Shown here one piece after another: positions 38,026 to 51,480 of a stretch of DNA of 64,000 bases. The notes beneath the pieces are model-generated. The model ran no database searches, had not been told where the DNA came from, and saw only the letters and a list, made by a program, of their open reading frames with translations. The DNA is from Camelus dromedarius. Its lineage: Eukaryota. Location: the NCBI RefSeq assembly GCF_036321535.1, contig NC_087437.1, positions 46,998,001-47,062,000 on the forward strand, in the 5' to 3' direction. Each line of letters opens with the position of its first letter. The first letter of the stretch is position 1. The position numbers were made by a program, and so were the translations under genes.

Positions 38026-39057
38026 TTTCTACTTTAATAAATATTTATCTACTATACTATTTTGCTCTTTGTCATTAATTTACACCTGTCTTAGGAAAAA
38101 GTATTTCATTAAATATTAACTATGGCACTTAAGAAGTTCAGGATTTACAAATCATTAATAATACTGAACAAATACACACCAACCTGTCATCATATTTGGC
38201 CCACAGAGGTTCACATTATGAAAAGAGTTGCAGTGATTTATCTGGTCTCAGATCCCCAGGTACTATTTCTCATAAATTCCTCTAAGCAATCTACAAATTA
38301 GATACTGAACAAATGTGTGCTGTATTACTTCACTGAATCCACAAGGTTTTGAAAATGTGTATTTATTCCCCAAACACTAATCCAAACTAGAACACTTGAA
38401 TAAGAATCCCTCAGGGACCTCTCTTTCCTTTGAGCCTTGGGAAGCACCTGCAAATTGGGGATGAGTCAGCATAAATGCCTGGCTAGAAGGAACAGACAGA
38501 CAGTAGCTTATGCTAAGACATGGGGGAATTTTGCCATCATTTCCTGCTGCCAGTACTTTTCAACACCAGTGAAGTCTTCTGCGTCTTAACCATTGTCTAG
38601 AAGAGTTCAAGACTGTCCTAAGAAACATGGAGGGTTGCAGGGAGCTAGGGGCAAATCATACCACGCAACTTTCCTTCCTCTATCAGGTTATTAACCATAG
38701 TAATACCCCACTCAGTAGTCTAGCTGAGGTCTAGACTACATTCTTAACATTTTGTCAGTTTTTCGTTACAGACCTACATAATAATATGTTGGATGACCTC
38801 CATTTGTCTAAGCTAAAGTCAGTTGTGTTCACTAAGATGTACTCCTTCCTTACTCCATGTAAAATGTGGTTTCAAAAAAAAATCAACAGCAAAAGCACAC
38901 TTGTAAGGAAAAGAAGAGGACTATGGTACATAGACAGCTTTAGGCCTGAGTGTGGAAGAGGGTGGAGCTGAGAGCAAAGTCAGACATCCAGGCCCACCTG
39001 CAGATTATGTAAATATTAAATGTCTTCATACCAGTGCTGATTAATCTCCGTTTCCAC

Positions 39058-39480
39058 TGGATGGGAGGCAATGCAATTCTCCACAGCATTTCTAGCAATC
39101 TTGTGATAGCTTTTGTACAGGATGATCATTTCAAGGATGTATGCATAACAAATAGCCTTGGAAGGTAGAGATAGTATCCCCCTCCAGGGCAGAGAGAAGA
39201 CTTGTTTCTGACCAGGATAATGTCCTCCCCCAGGGACAAGGCTTGGGCATGTTTGCTGGCATCCCTCTGAGGAGTTTGCTAAGCTCAGCGTTCCTCAGCG
39301 TTGGCACAGCTCACTGTGTGCACAGTATCTACCCGTTTTCATCTCCACATGGCCCCCACGGAACTTGGGGGGCAAGGAGAATGGATGTAAATATGAAGTT
39401 CATGTGATCAACTGTCTAAGCTCATCTGGGTTCCTTGCCTCCTTACCAGCTGAATCTATGCAACTGTCAAGGGCTGATCC
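39058..39480 (+). mobile_element. LTR40-like ERVL LTR
   Basis: tttcaaggatgtatgcataacaaatagccttggaaggtagagatagtatccccctccag...ctaagctcagcgttcctcag. Confidence 0.75.
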
Positions 39481-39499
39481 ATCAGCAGTCCACTGCTGC

Positions 39500-39920
39500 T
39501 TATGGGCTACTTCACAGCACCACCTGCTCCTGCACCCTATCCATTCTCCACACTTCTCTGTCCTGTTCTGAGTCTGACTCCTAATAACTGAATCCCTGGT
39601 CTCCTTTGCTTCTGGCTTCCTGGTTAGGATTGGCCAATGAAAGGTGCAGGGAAAGGCTGGAGACAGAAAGGTCAGGGTATTTATTACTCTTGCTCTTCTC
39701 TGCCTCTCTGGCTGTAGCTTCTGATGGCAATCCCTCTTTCATAGCCACTCTGGCTCTTGCCTCTCTACTCTTAGACACAGGGAGGAAGAATGTGTCACTC
39801 TTGCTAGACCTTGAGTATGTCATCATCCCTTATTGGATCCTTAGAGTCTGCCCAGGTCTCTGTAAACAGACTTCAGGAAGCTATCTGCAGTTAAACTCTT
39901 TTGAACTTGCCACCTTGATT
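39500..39920. mobile_element. LTR33-like ERVL LTR
   Basis: ctctgtcctgttctg...ctctggcttcctggttaggattggccaatg-like block...aggtcagggtatttatt. Confidence 0.65.
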
Positions 39921-41704
39921 TCAAAAAAAAATTAAGGTCTTTTATGTACATGGAACACAGGTTATACATATTTACACACAAGACTGCATTTAAAACCTTA
40001 CATTACCTCTTTTTCCTCATCTTACCAAGTCATTGCAGCCACCTTGGACTTACAGCAGCCAGGGACCTTCAAAAAGGCAAGGATATTTGCCTTGATTTCC
40101 AATATTCTAAGGACGGCTCCACCTAGACTGTGGTACAAATGCATTTTCCCATGCTCCTGGCTATATCGTTTTGATTACAGAAGTGCTGCAGATGGGCATG
40201 TTGGTGGACACCATAAAGATACCCTCTTTGCCAGGATGCAGTTCACTGCACCTCTTCTGGCAATAGTTATAATTCCTAGTGTGCACATAATACTCTTTAA
40301 GCCTTTGTGTAGTTAAGTAAATGCATACAACATTAAATAATGGCCACAACATAAAAGCATTTTACATAAAATCAGGTCATTTGGGCAACTTAGAATCACA
40401 GTTTCTAGTTGGAAGGATCTTTAAACATCTTCAATAAAATTCTTTCATTTGATCGTTCACTTGATTCTAGGAAAAAATGGTATTAAATTCATTTTAGTCT
40501 CTGTCGAAATCATTTCATTTTCCTTTTCTTTAATATTATTTCTACAACTCATCAGGAAAAAAAGTTACAAGAACTGATGGAAAAGTGTATTATCCCAGTA
40601 CTACATATAAGGAGAGACAGTAAGTGAAATGTTTCCTTCTGTAATAATAATTATGACAATAAGTGAACTAGAAGATGATGTTTGCACTTTGCCTTTAAGG
40701 ATGGGCAAGTGTCAGCCAGGAGGATGGGACTGTGCGAGGGAAACTCAGGCAAAGGAGACAACCCAGGCAAAGGTCTGGAGGTGAGAAAGAAGTTAAAGCA
40801 TCCTGGGAGCTATATCCTAGCCATTCAGAGTTATAGGAGCATGAAGGATAAGCTAGAACTAAGGAAAACTGAGGAGAGAAAGGTGAATGCCCTTGGTGTC
40901 TACCATTTGAAATTATCTGCTTCAAGACACATAGTGTGGCTCTTCTCACAATGCTGCCAGCTCAGGGCTGGAGAACAGCCATAATCAATGAAATCCAGGT
41001 TTTCAATTGACCAAACAGTCACGGTCAACCATTTGGAGATGCCTGTCTCCACTGAGTCAATAGTTATTTACCATTTGTTATGCTCTAAGCACAATGATAA
41101 GTGATCCTATCAAAATCCTACGTAATTTTAACTCGAATTAAATGGTCATTATGAACCAAGGTCAATGCATCTATTGAACCATCTCCACCACTGCTGTCCC
41201 TTCCAAGAACTGGTCTTTGATTCTCTTCCAGAAAGTCTGAATCCACAAATCATCTAGAGCAATATTGTTCAAGGTAAAACCGAGCTCTGCACTGGTGAAT
41301 GTGAATCGAAACAAGGGATAGTGTGTGGATAATTTAGCTCCCCCATAACCTACATCAGTTACCCCCCCAAACCTCTCCCTCAAATAACCACAAATGTAAG
41401 TAAAAGCAGAATGCTCATTATGCTAAGGCAACTTCAAGACAGATCATCCATCATTTAACAACTCCGCCATAGCCAGACTGTCTTCTCCAAACGTCATCTA
41501 TACAGAAGTGCTACCTAAGTAGAATGTCTGCCTAAACTGTTGTTTTATTTCTAATGTGGGCGCTTTAAGGTGAGAAAATGATCTCAGAAATTCGAATAAA
41601 GGTAAGAAAGAAAAAAAAAAGATATTTTGTTTCTGCTAGCAAAGAATTTTTATTCTAATGAGATAGGTACATATTTTAAAAAGTACTTAATAAGAGACAG
41701 TCAT

Positions 41705-41840
41705 ACAGAGCCCATGTTTAGAAGGGTCCACTCTTGGTTTAATGCACTGCTGCCGCCATTTTGAAATTCTTAATGATTTTTGAACAAAGGATCTAATTCA
41801 TTTTAAACTGGACCCCACAAATTATGTAGCTGCTCTTGCC
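41705..41840. mobile_element. MER45A-like hAT-Tip100 MITE
   Basis: cttggtttaatgcactgctgccgccattttgaaattcttaatgatttttgaacaaagg...ccccacaaattatgtagc. Confidence 0.8.
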
Positions 41841-42309
41841 TGTAAGTGATACAGGAGTCCTCAGATGGGTGGTCTTTGAGTGCAGAACTGGTCAGGGAAA
41901 GCAAATAGACAAAGACTTAAGACAGGCTTAAAATAATTTTTAAGACTCAATTTCAGATAATATTCTTTCTGGGAAAATGCTAAATAAATAAATAACCAAA
42001 TAAATTAAAATTAAATTCTGAAATAATCTCCCAAAATAGTTCCAAAAAATTAAATTAACCTCCTTTTGCTCTGCCCATTCTTCTTTGACTTAAGTAGCTG
42101 GTAGGTTTTCCTTGATCTGAATTACTGGGTCAGCCTCCAGAAATTTAGTAACATAAGGAAACCAGGAAATAAGTCCCAAGTTGTCTGAGAATTCCACAAG
42201 GTGTCATCCTTGAGCTAAAATGATAACTCCAACACAGGAAGGTAGTTTTCATTTAAAAACTGAAGATTCCAAGCCTCCATTTTGAACTCTGGGGGTCTGG
42301 ATCTACAGT

Positions 42310-42545
42310 AATATAACAGGTCCCATTTGTTGAATATTTAGCATGTGCTACACACTTTAACATACATTATTTCTAATCTTTAAAATAGCCATGTATTGCC
42401 TTAAATTCCCATTTTACAATGGAAAAAGCCAAGATTCATGGAAGTCAACTTCTCAGGGTATGCAGCTATAAGTGCCAGAGTCAACAATCAGAGACAGAAC
42501 CAGCTGAGCCCAAATTCTATCCAGTTTTTGCTTCACCATACATTC
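42310..42545 (-). mobile_element. MIR SINE
   Basis: catttgttgaatatttagcatgtgc...cccattttacaatggaaaa. Confidence 0.6.
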
Positions 42546-43164
42546 TCAAAGCACCAAACAAAGAACATAGGTGAAGGAGTTCAAAGAGTGAACAAAAAAC
42601 AAACTCAGGGATCTCCCTCCTGCCCAGGCTCTATTCTAAGCAGCAGCCGGAGTGCTAGACGGGGCCCACAAGCATCAATCTAGCAGCTGCCCTCTCCTGA
42701 GACTGTGAGCACAGCAGGGGGACTTAGCAGGGTCACTCCCAGGGATGCAGAAGCCCTGCAAAAGGGCGTTCCAGTAAAATCCCATTTCTTTTGATCATCA
42801 TCGATTTTTTATATAGTATTAGTGTCAGAGGTGATGTTCAGAATAAATCATGGACGTTAATACTTCCATTGCCTCCAAATGTCTCTGACTAGGAAGTCAT
42901 CTGCAGAAGCCTGCTCCTGCTGTAGGAGCCTCTCCTCACCTGTGGTTTCTTGACCAGAACTACAAACTCTCCCCTTCCCCTCTAAAGCTCTGGGGCCACT
43001 CTTACCTTCCTTAGAAGGTGATTCACCATTAAGTTCACTCTGCTGGTTGTTCTGCTCAGCACTGTAGCTGAGCCTTATTCCCAAGACAAAACCTCTCTTT
43101 GTACCAGGTTCTTGTCATTTGGATCCATTGCCTTGTTGCCCTGAACCTGAACCCCTTCCCTTGG

Positions 43165-43500
43165 GAAGGCAGTAAGAAGCATAAGGATTAATATCTCAGG
43201 CTCTGGTACCATCATATTTAGGGTAAACAACTATTGTGGTTTGCTTAGGACTATCCTGATTTTAGCATCAAAAGTCCAGTGGCCAAGGAAATCCATCAGT
43301 CAAGAGCAAACTCAGGTGGTTAAACTTTAAATTCCTTCCTAATTTAGCTACGTTGAACAAATTACCTAACCTCTCCTGACATGTAGAATGGGCAAAATAC
43401 TCATATTTACCCCATCAGGTCACTATGAAGATGAAGTGAGGTGTGTGTACAGTGCTGAGCACACAATAGACATGCAATATACTTTAGCTGCTACTATTAC
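43165..43500 (+). mobile_element. MIR SINE interrupted by MER81
   Basis: aacaaattacctaacctctc...atgtagaatgggc...gtgctgagcacacaatag...tagctgctactatta. Confidence 0.65.
43219..43329. mobile_element. MER81-like hAT-Blackjack MITE
   Basis: tagggtaaacaactattgtggtttgcttaggactatcctgattttagcatcaaaagtcc...cagtcaagagcaaac. Confidence 0.7.
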
Positions 43501-46500
43501 TCCTGACCCACCCCATAATTATCCCAGAGCACCCAAGCCTGGAGGGCTGCTTTGCTCTTGCCAATCCCTTCCCAAAGAGAGAATTCTGGCCCCAGAGTCT
43601 GAGACTTGGGGCCCTTCCAGACCTTGCCGTCTCTTGCTTTTTCCATATTGCTTGCTTCTGTACTATCTACTATTCCTCCTGTGTAAAAAGCCTCTGGGAT
43701 CTCTTTGTTTTTAAGTATCAGTAACATTTCTGATAGCCCACACTCCCCAAAACCTTAGTGACTATGAGAATGTCCCTTTCAAGAAGGCACAGCCAGTGAT
43801 CATGGGGGACAGCAAAGAAGGTCTAACCTGGTGGTGCCTGAAGTTTGAATGTGGCTGAAAATGTACCCCTTAATTCTGTTCACTGGTACAACAAGGATCT
43901 AACCTCGAGAATAATTTTGTTGACTTGGCGAATAATTCTTCTCAATCCAACTGTATCTAATGTCCTGTGTAATTAAAGATCTCTCTCCAACCAAGCATTT
44001 AATAGCTGTCATGTTTGACTACACTTTGACACATATATCTTCATCACCATTGTAAAGACTGCTTTTCACTACTTTATAGAAGCACTGTGCATAATTAGAT
44101 TCTGCTTCATATTAAAAAATACATTTTCTTTGCAAAAAGAAAAAGGAAAATGTGGTTAAAAGTGTTGCCTGCTGTATTTTCTTCTTCCATCTTGTGTACA
44201 CTTGTGTTTGTGTTCAAACACATTAAAATTACATGTACATATTGCCTCACTTAGGACAGCTTGCCAAGACATCCTGGCTATATGTTATCTACTATTCATG
44301 AAATCATAACCAAGAGTCCATAACTGAAAATGGTATGCTTTATTTCTGTCTTCTTGAGGGATACTCAGAAGTTGTATTTCCTTTTCACAGGATAGCACCT
44401 TCTACTAAATTTTTAGATTTTGTCACTTTAAGTGAAATCAATGCCTTGGGACAGTAATATCTATATTTTGTCCTTTGTTGCCTCATCCAAAATGTGTTAG
44501 TCATCAGCTGAATGCCTGATTTGCACAAGAGAGCCACTTTGGATGATTTTCAGTGCAGATTTCAGTGTAGCTCAAGTATACCTTCTTCACAAGACTTGAC
44601 TGACGTTCTCACAAGATTACACGTTAGCCTTTATTTTCCCATTCCAATCTCTAATCCCTCTCTGAGAGAGGAATACAAGGAAGCTCCTCTGAGGGCTGCA
44701 GGCCCCACTGATTCTGGGGGAGAGACTCACCTAGCTACACAATAACTAGGCCTACTTTCCCAGCTGGCTGCACAGACCCAGTCCAAAGAACACCTGGGTA
44801 TGGGGTGTTAGTCCCTTTCAGTTGGTGAGGGTCCAACTGAAATATGTGCCTGTGGTGAGGCATCTGAATCTGCATCCCTGATCCACATGCCACATGATTT
44901 AGCAGAAACTCTCAGAGAATTAAGGTATCACAATATGTCTCCCTGTTAACTTCCAGCCTTCAGATTTTATGACACAGTGATTTAAATGGAGTGGACCCAA
45001 ACGATGTAAATCACAATACACTTGGTGAAGAATAGGTTTGTGAAACTGCACTCATCTGACAATTAGGCTTAGATTCTGGAACAGTCAATCAGGAAACTGC
45101 ACAGCAAAGACAAGGACAGCAGGAGCTTCAAGGTGGGGTGAGAGAGGAGAACTTCAAGGTACTTCCCTTTGACATGTCCCAAGCTGACTGTGCCAATATT
45201 AATCAAGATGGCCAGTATACTGTCAGGAGAACCAGAGGCAACAGAAAGCACCGACCTATCGGAAGAATATGGTCTTACAGTCTAATTATAACTCAATCAA
45301 TCCATTAATAAAGACTGTGATAAAAGTGATCATGCCAATGCATATTTTCCTTATTTTAAACATGTGTTCTTCAGATATCCTTGAATATTAAGCTTCTTGG
45401 GACATAGAATCCTAGACCCTCAGAATATTAGAGCTAAGGACATTAGGTAATCACCTGTCCAGCCCTCTCATCTTACAGATGAGAAAATAGTACAAACTGT
45501 GAAGTGGAGGTTTATCCAAATAGGCCTTAACCTTTCCAGCAGGAAATAGAAGTTTCCATTATTAGAAAGAAGAGAGGAGGGACTTCATAGGTTTTAAATG
45601 TGATCACCGTCAGTAAAAAGTACCCATTGTTCTTGATCTCTGAATTATTGGACCAGCTCTAGTTAACTAAGGCCATCATTAAGTTGAACTTAAACCTAAA
45701 AGGGACAAAGAAAGCTACATGATCTCAAAAAGAGAAATACATGGAAAATTTTCCAGTTCATCACTCATGAGTTTTTGCACCATTATGCATTCATAAATCC
45801 TAATTTTACTTCCATGACCTGTATCAGCACACTCCATTTGAAGTGGTTCTCATTATCATCTTAGACTTAGCACAGAATTCCTAAAGTACCTCTATCTCTA
45901 GAGGACAAGAAACTTTCTGAAAGTCAGAAAGTTCTGTGCCATCTCACACTGGTCCATTAACATCATTGTTTCAACATTAGGGAGATAGATTGGGGCAATT
46001 TAAGATATTTATATATACAAATAGCTCCTTAACACTTCCCTTGACCAGGCAGCATGAAAAACCACTGATTTTCAGCCCAGCACCATCTTATCAATACCCA
46101 AAGGAGCTTCAACTTCTTTAAACTGTTGCTCACAAGTGTTGCCATCCTGCCTATAATTTCTCTCCTGAAGTAATTCTACTCTATTTATTGAGAAATTCAG
46201 GCACTATCATGTACTCAATCTTAAACTCTCCTCTGCAAGGGATAATGATTTATTAAGAAAATGAGTTGATGACTCTAAAGACAACACAAGGATCTGGCAA
46301 CACCAGCAGTAACAGGTATCCCCATTAGCTCTGTGGATTAATCATTACCAGAAAGGAAACACAAACTCATACTGGGAAACATGTAACTAGCAATGGTATA
46401 ATAAGGCTTTAGATCTTTGTATAACCATATTCCATTTCTAGGTTTGTTATATGACTTATTTCCAAATCAGAAGAGTATCTCTGCTCACAAACTCAAAGTT

Positions 46501-46649
46501 GTCAGCTTCTCCCTAAATTGGAACCTCAAAAAAGCCCTGGGTCCCTCCATGGTATCAACAGAATAAGTTCATGCAGAGTAGAACAAAACTTGCCACTCTG
46601 CTACTTCCACCTGACTTTTAGGAAATGCCTCCTTTAAGGGACCCATTTA

Positions 46650-46790
46650 TTCTTTCTTTCTTCATTTAACAAACTTTTATTGAGCACCTACTCCAAGCCA
46701 GGCATTAGGTCAACATTGGAAATTCAAAGACAAATAAGCTACGTTCCTTCTCTCAAGGAGCTCATCCTCAGACAGGTTAGTAAATTATCA
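46650..46790 (-). mobile_element. L2 3' end
   Basis: ttcatttaacaaacttttattgagcacctactccaagccaggcatt...ctctcaaggagctca. Confidence 0.75.
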
Positions 46791-47099
46791 CACTGCTTTA
46801 TCCACATCTATGCTTACAGTAAATGACTATGTAATTGATGAACAGAGCAACCTTCAACCATTTCAGTACTCAGTGAATTGGTGTTATAATCTTCGCATAT
46901 CTTCCCAAAGCCTAACAGTTTCACACTTTAGATGATTCTTTCAGAAGTGCCTAGCTTTTCACTAAAATAATCTGTCCTTACCACAAAAGTACCCTAAGTT
47001 ATTGATCATCCAATTTCACAAATTACAGGAATTTATAACCCACCCCCTAAACACACATGTGTGCATACACACACACAGCCTTTGTCTCAGAGCCTGTCT

Positions 47100-47300
47100 A
47101 GTGAGTGTTTTTGAGCCCTTATTACGTGCCAGGCACTGTGTTAAGTATTTAGCAGGTATTATGTAATCATCACAAAATCACTATTATCTCCATTTTAGAG
47201 ATAAGGCAACTGAGGCCAAGTAACTTGTCCAAGGCCACACAGTAGTAGGTGGTGAGGCCCTGATCAAAATCCCAACAGGCTGACTTCAAAGTCTACTCCA
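47100..47300 (-). mobile_element. MIR SINE
   Basis: tacgtgccaggcactgtgttaag...ctccattttagagataaggcaactgaggcc...aagtaacttgtccaaggccacacagt. Confidence 0.85.
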
Positions 47301-49224
47301 TAAGAGGGAAGAGTTAGAGAAACTGGAACCCAAGATCTTAGAATGGCATTGTGTTAAGATATCTGAATATTGAACTTAATATAATTCCTTTGAGGACAAG
47401 ATTGTCCTTAGATTTTGGTGAAAGTGGAGTGCCGTGGGAAATACCCATTAGCCACACAATTTTGTCACTACCTTAGTAGAGCCTAATTTGCCCAGATAAT
47501 CTGCTTCCAAAATCTGCTGTGTCTGCTGTACCATGATGCCTGTTTATAAGGCTTACCTGTGGTACAGATACAGAAGAGAGTAAAGAGTTCTGAAAGGATC
47601 CGACTATAAAACTAGACTATAAAAAAAATAGATGTTCAAAGTTTCACCCCCACTGGTGTATTAAAGTTAACCAATTGCTTTCAGCTAGGCATAGAATGTC
47701 TGATTGCACTGGAAGAACATTTTTATTCTGCTTCTGAAATGTGTAATACCTTGTTTTTTAATGAAGATATAATCCTGAGTGTCCTATGTTCAGACTAGCC
47801 ACAGACCCCCATTCATTACACTGAGTTTCCACTAAAGTAAAGCCAGACCCAACTATCGTTAACATCCAGAAATGAGCCTCACAGACACATAGAAGTGTGT
47901 CTAGTTGAGAGCTGTGTGGCAGACAGTCACAGGGCCGCACATGATTAATGATACCAATATGAAGTCCCATGTCTGTCATCTGGGGGAAATGTTTGTGATG
48001 ATGGTATATTCCTCCTTTCAATTCTCACCTTCCTCTTAAGGAAGACTGCTCATTTATATCCTCTGAGGATGCTTCTAACAAGATGGATGCACCATCATAT
48101 GTTTAAGGAGGGAGAAAAAACGGCAATTGCAAGAGTTCAAGAAAAAAATGGAAGCTGAATCATTCCCAGTAATTTCCCAAATTTATATCCCTCAGTATCA
48201 CAAACTGAATTATCTCTATAAACATTAGTTTAGAAAACCAACTTTTCTCTTACAGCTGCATGGTGAAGAACCACATCACATCCATACAGTAAGGATTTTA
48301 CTTTCAATCTAATGTGGCAATGGCAGTTTCCAATAAGAAAAAGCAATTTGCTAGTCTAGCCAATTATAATTTGTCCTTGGATGAAGATGACAGCAAAGCC
48401 TGTGCCTCTAGTTCATTGAAAACATCAGAAAGATATCCCTAATACCCAGTCTGTTTTTCTGTGAAGTTAAGCATTAAGGAGGTGATTAAAATTCAGCTTA
48501 AACTTTGGTACCAAATCAAAGGAAAGGCATCGCTATCTGATGGTAGGAGCAGGTTTTCAGAACTGTCCAAAGCAGCAATGGCATGCATTTTAAATACAAG
48601 GCCTGGGGACAATATTGAAGTTCAGTGCTTCCAGTTATAGCCTCACCAAGAAGCCCTTATTCTGTACCCTGAGGGTACAGGGCTACTTGAGGTGTCTACA
48701 TTACCACACTTGGGTATATTTAAACATACTTCCCTTGCTTTATTTGATACCTCTTTTACTAAAAGATGATCCATGACTGTGAATGAGACGTTTGGGAAAG
48801 AATGACCTCCTGACTATGCCATTGATTTCCTGTGTCATGATCAGAAGATCATTTTGCTGCTTTTGCCCTAGCCATAATGTTAGGACACATCAGAGAGCTG
48901 ATTTATAAGGTTGCTATGATGATAGGATCAGATAAAAAGCAGATCCGGGATATTTGCTGTTAATAAGCTTTTAAAGATGAGTAAACTGATGGCTCTTAAA
49001 TAATTAATTATCCAAGACAACACTTTTAAAGTTAATCTACGACTATTACAGCAATGCAATACTGGATTATTAGTGTGAGGATATAGGAAACTTTGCTTGA
49101 TAATTAAAGTCATTTCCTATATCCTGGCCCTGACTTGATGAACAGAAAATTAAGTCTATTTCCTCCAGTCCTCCAGTGCTCCTCAAGCATCAGACAGAAG
49201 CCTGGGGAGAGACATAACCTGGTC

Positions 49225-50600
49225 ATTCATTTATTAATTTAGCAAATCTTCAATGAATGTTTACTTTGTGCCTGGCTCAGCTGCACTAGAGGAACAAAGA
49301 TGAGTAAGACTTGGCCCCTGCCTCAAAGGATTTAAGGGAGAGTGAAGGGGACTCACCTGCTATCAGTGCCCTAGATACATGTACCCTTACTTGGATACTC
49401 ACTCTCCGTGTGCCTGCCTACCAGCTTTCTGTGCTGGTCTCTCTGTGTGGACCACTCTACTTCATTCTTTACCTAATTCACTCCTACTCGCAATTTTGGC
49501 TTTATGCCTGGCACATGGTATTTGCTCAGTAAGTATTACTGAATTCATTATAATACAATATGAGAAGTTCTAAAATAGAAGAGGAAGCAAACATCTCTGG
49601 GGCATTGAGACTATGGTAAGGCTGCCAAGGACAGCTTCACTGAAGGCATCTGAGATGGTGATATTTGAGGTGGATTTTGAAGGATGAATGGGGTAAAGGG
49701 TGAACAGGGACAACACGAGAAGAGGGTTGTAAAATGGTGAGACAACATAAGGGAAAGTTGTACCAAACAGAGGGAGCATGATCTGTACAGGCATAAAGTG
49801 AGGATGCAACCTCTCCAGGGTTTTCAAGCTCAGGGTGACTAAAACAGAGCATAATGAGGACAGAACAGACTATAAGGTACATTCGAGCTGTATGGTGAAG
49901 GCCTTTCATGCCATGGTTAGAAGTATAGATTTTTTTTCCTAAGGTGGTAGAAAGTTATTGAAGATTTATAGGCAAGTATATCAATTGAGATTCAGAGGTA
50001 CACTAAACACATGAAAAACCACAACCATTCTAGCTTAAGGGGAAAAAAGGCTTCATTAAAGGATATTAAGTAATTCAGAGACACTCTGGATAGGACAGAG
50101 TCCAGGTTTGGAGGCTCCAGCAGAAACCTCTCACCTCCACTGAGCACATATTCCAGCAGTCACACCAATGACCCTAGGCACTAGTTGACAATACTGCCAC
50201 CAGTCTTTTCAAGAAAGCCATTTCTGTCACCCCAGACAGAACCAAATTCCACACAGCACTTCCTTTCTCACACATTCTTCTGATTGGTAGAGCCCAAGTC
50301 ATATGCCAGCCCCATAATTGCAAGGGAGGCTGAAAATGTGAGTTTCTATCTTTGACCTGGGCAAAGAAGACCCATAATGTAGGAAATCCCAAACATAGAA
50401 AAGATGTTTTAAAGAGGCTAAAGGGCAACAAATCATGGAACTTTCCACTACCACATGGAAAAACATAATCAAGTTTACATCCTAAAAAATTCCTTCGGCA
50501 ACATTATAGAAAATGGATTGGAGAAGAGAAGAGTTGGGAAACAGGGAGATCAATTTAGAGGGTTAAAGTAGGCAAGAGACAAAAAAAAACCGGATGGACT
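49225..50600. mobile_element. L2 cluster with a nested old MLT1-type LTR (~50000-50450)
   Basis: L2 termini at ~49225 (-) and ~49545 (+, tgcctggcacatggtatttgctcagtaagtattactgaat); ctgattggtagagcccaagtcatatgcc...tgcaagggaggctgaaaatgtgag is MLT1-like. Confidence 0.6.
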
Positions 50601-50739
50601 TCAGTGCTGACAGTGGACATAGATCAGAGTGAACACAGCATTAAATCTTGGAGAGCAAGGACTTGGTCTCGCTTTTTCACTGCAGGAATGGTAACGATTC
50701 CCTCCACACAGAAAGTGCTCAATAAATTGTTTTCTCTTT

Positions 50740-51480
50740 TTAAAATTAAAGAATAATTTGCACACTGGTAAATTCACCTTGTTTGCAAATTTTGACAATT
50801 GTATACTGTAGTGTAATCACTATGACAATGTAGATATAGAAGGATTCCATCACTCCCCAAATTTTCTCATGCTGCTCTTTTATAGTCAGTTTCTCAACCC
50901 CAGTCCCTAGCAACATGAAGTACATAGCCTTTTGTGTCTGGCTTCTTTCACTTAGTGTGACACATTTGAGATTCATCCATGTTGTATGTGTCAGTAGCTC
51001 ATTTATTTTTATTGCTGAGTAGTATTCCACGGTATGAATGAACCAAGGTTTACTGATGCCCTGGGTGAAAGATACTAGGGTTTTTTCCAGTTTAGGGGAT
51101 TACAAATCACTCATGTTTTTGTGTGAACATAATTTTTCATTTCATCTGCATAAATACCTAGGAGTGAGGGTGCTAAGTCATATGGTAAGTGCATGCTTAA
51201 CTTAACGAAAAACTGGAAAACTGTTTTCCAAAGTCCTGTGCCATTCTACATTCCCACCAGCAACGTATGTGCACGTTCCAGGCGTTCCACATCCTCACAA
51301 GCACTTGACACTGTCATGTTTTAAGCCATTCTAACAAGTGTCAAGTGATACTTCATTGTAGTTTTAGTTTACATTTCCCTAAATACTAGTGATGTTGAAC
51401 ATCTTTTGATATTCTTATTTGCTTTTATATTAAAAGGTATATTACCTTTAAAAAAGTTCAAATATCTTGCATATTATTTT
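50740..51480 (-). mobile_element. Old L1 (L1MB/ME-type) 3' end and ORF2 C-terminus
   Basis: ORF track 50746-51030 MEYYSAIKINELLTHTTWMNLKCVTLSERSQTQK is the L1 ORF2 end. Confidence 0.85.

Noticed and set aside
48662..48680. Perfect palindrome ctgtaccct-g-agggtacag
   Set aside because: A 9-bp-arm inverted repeat is unsurprising by chance in 64 kb; no supporting context.
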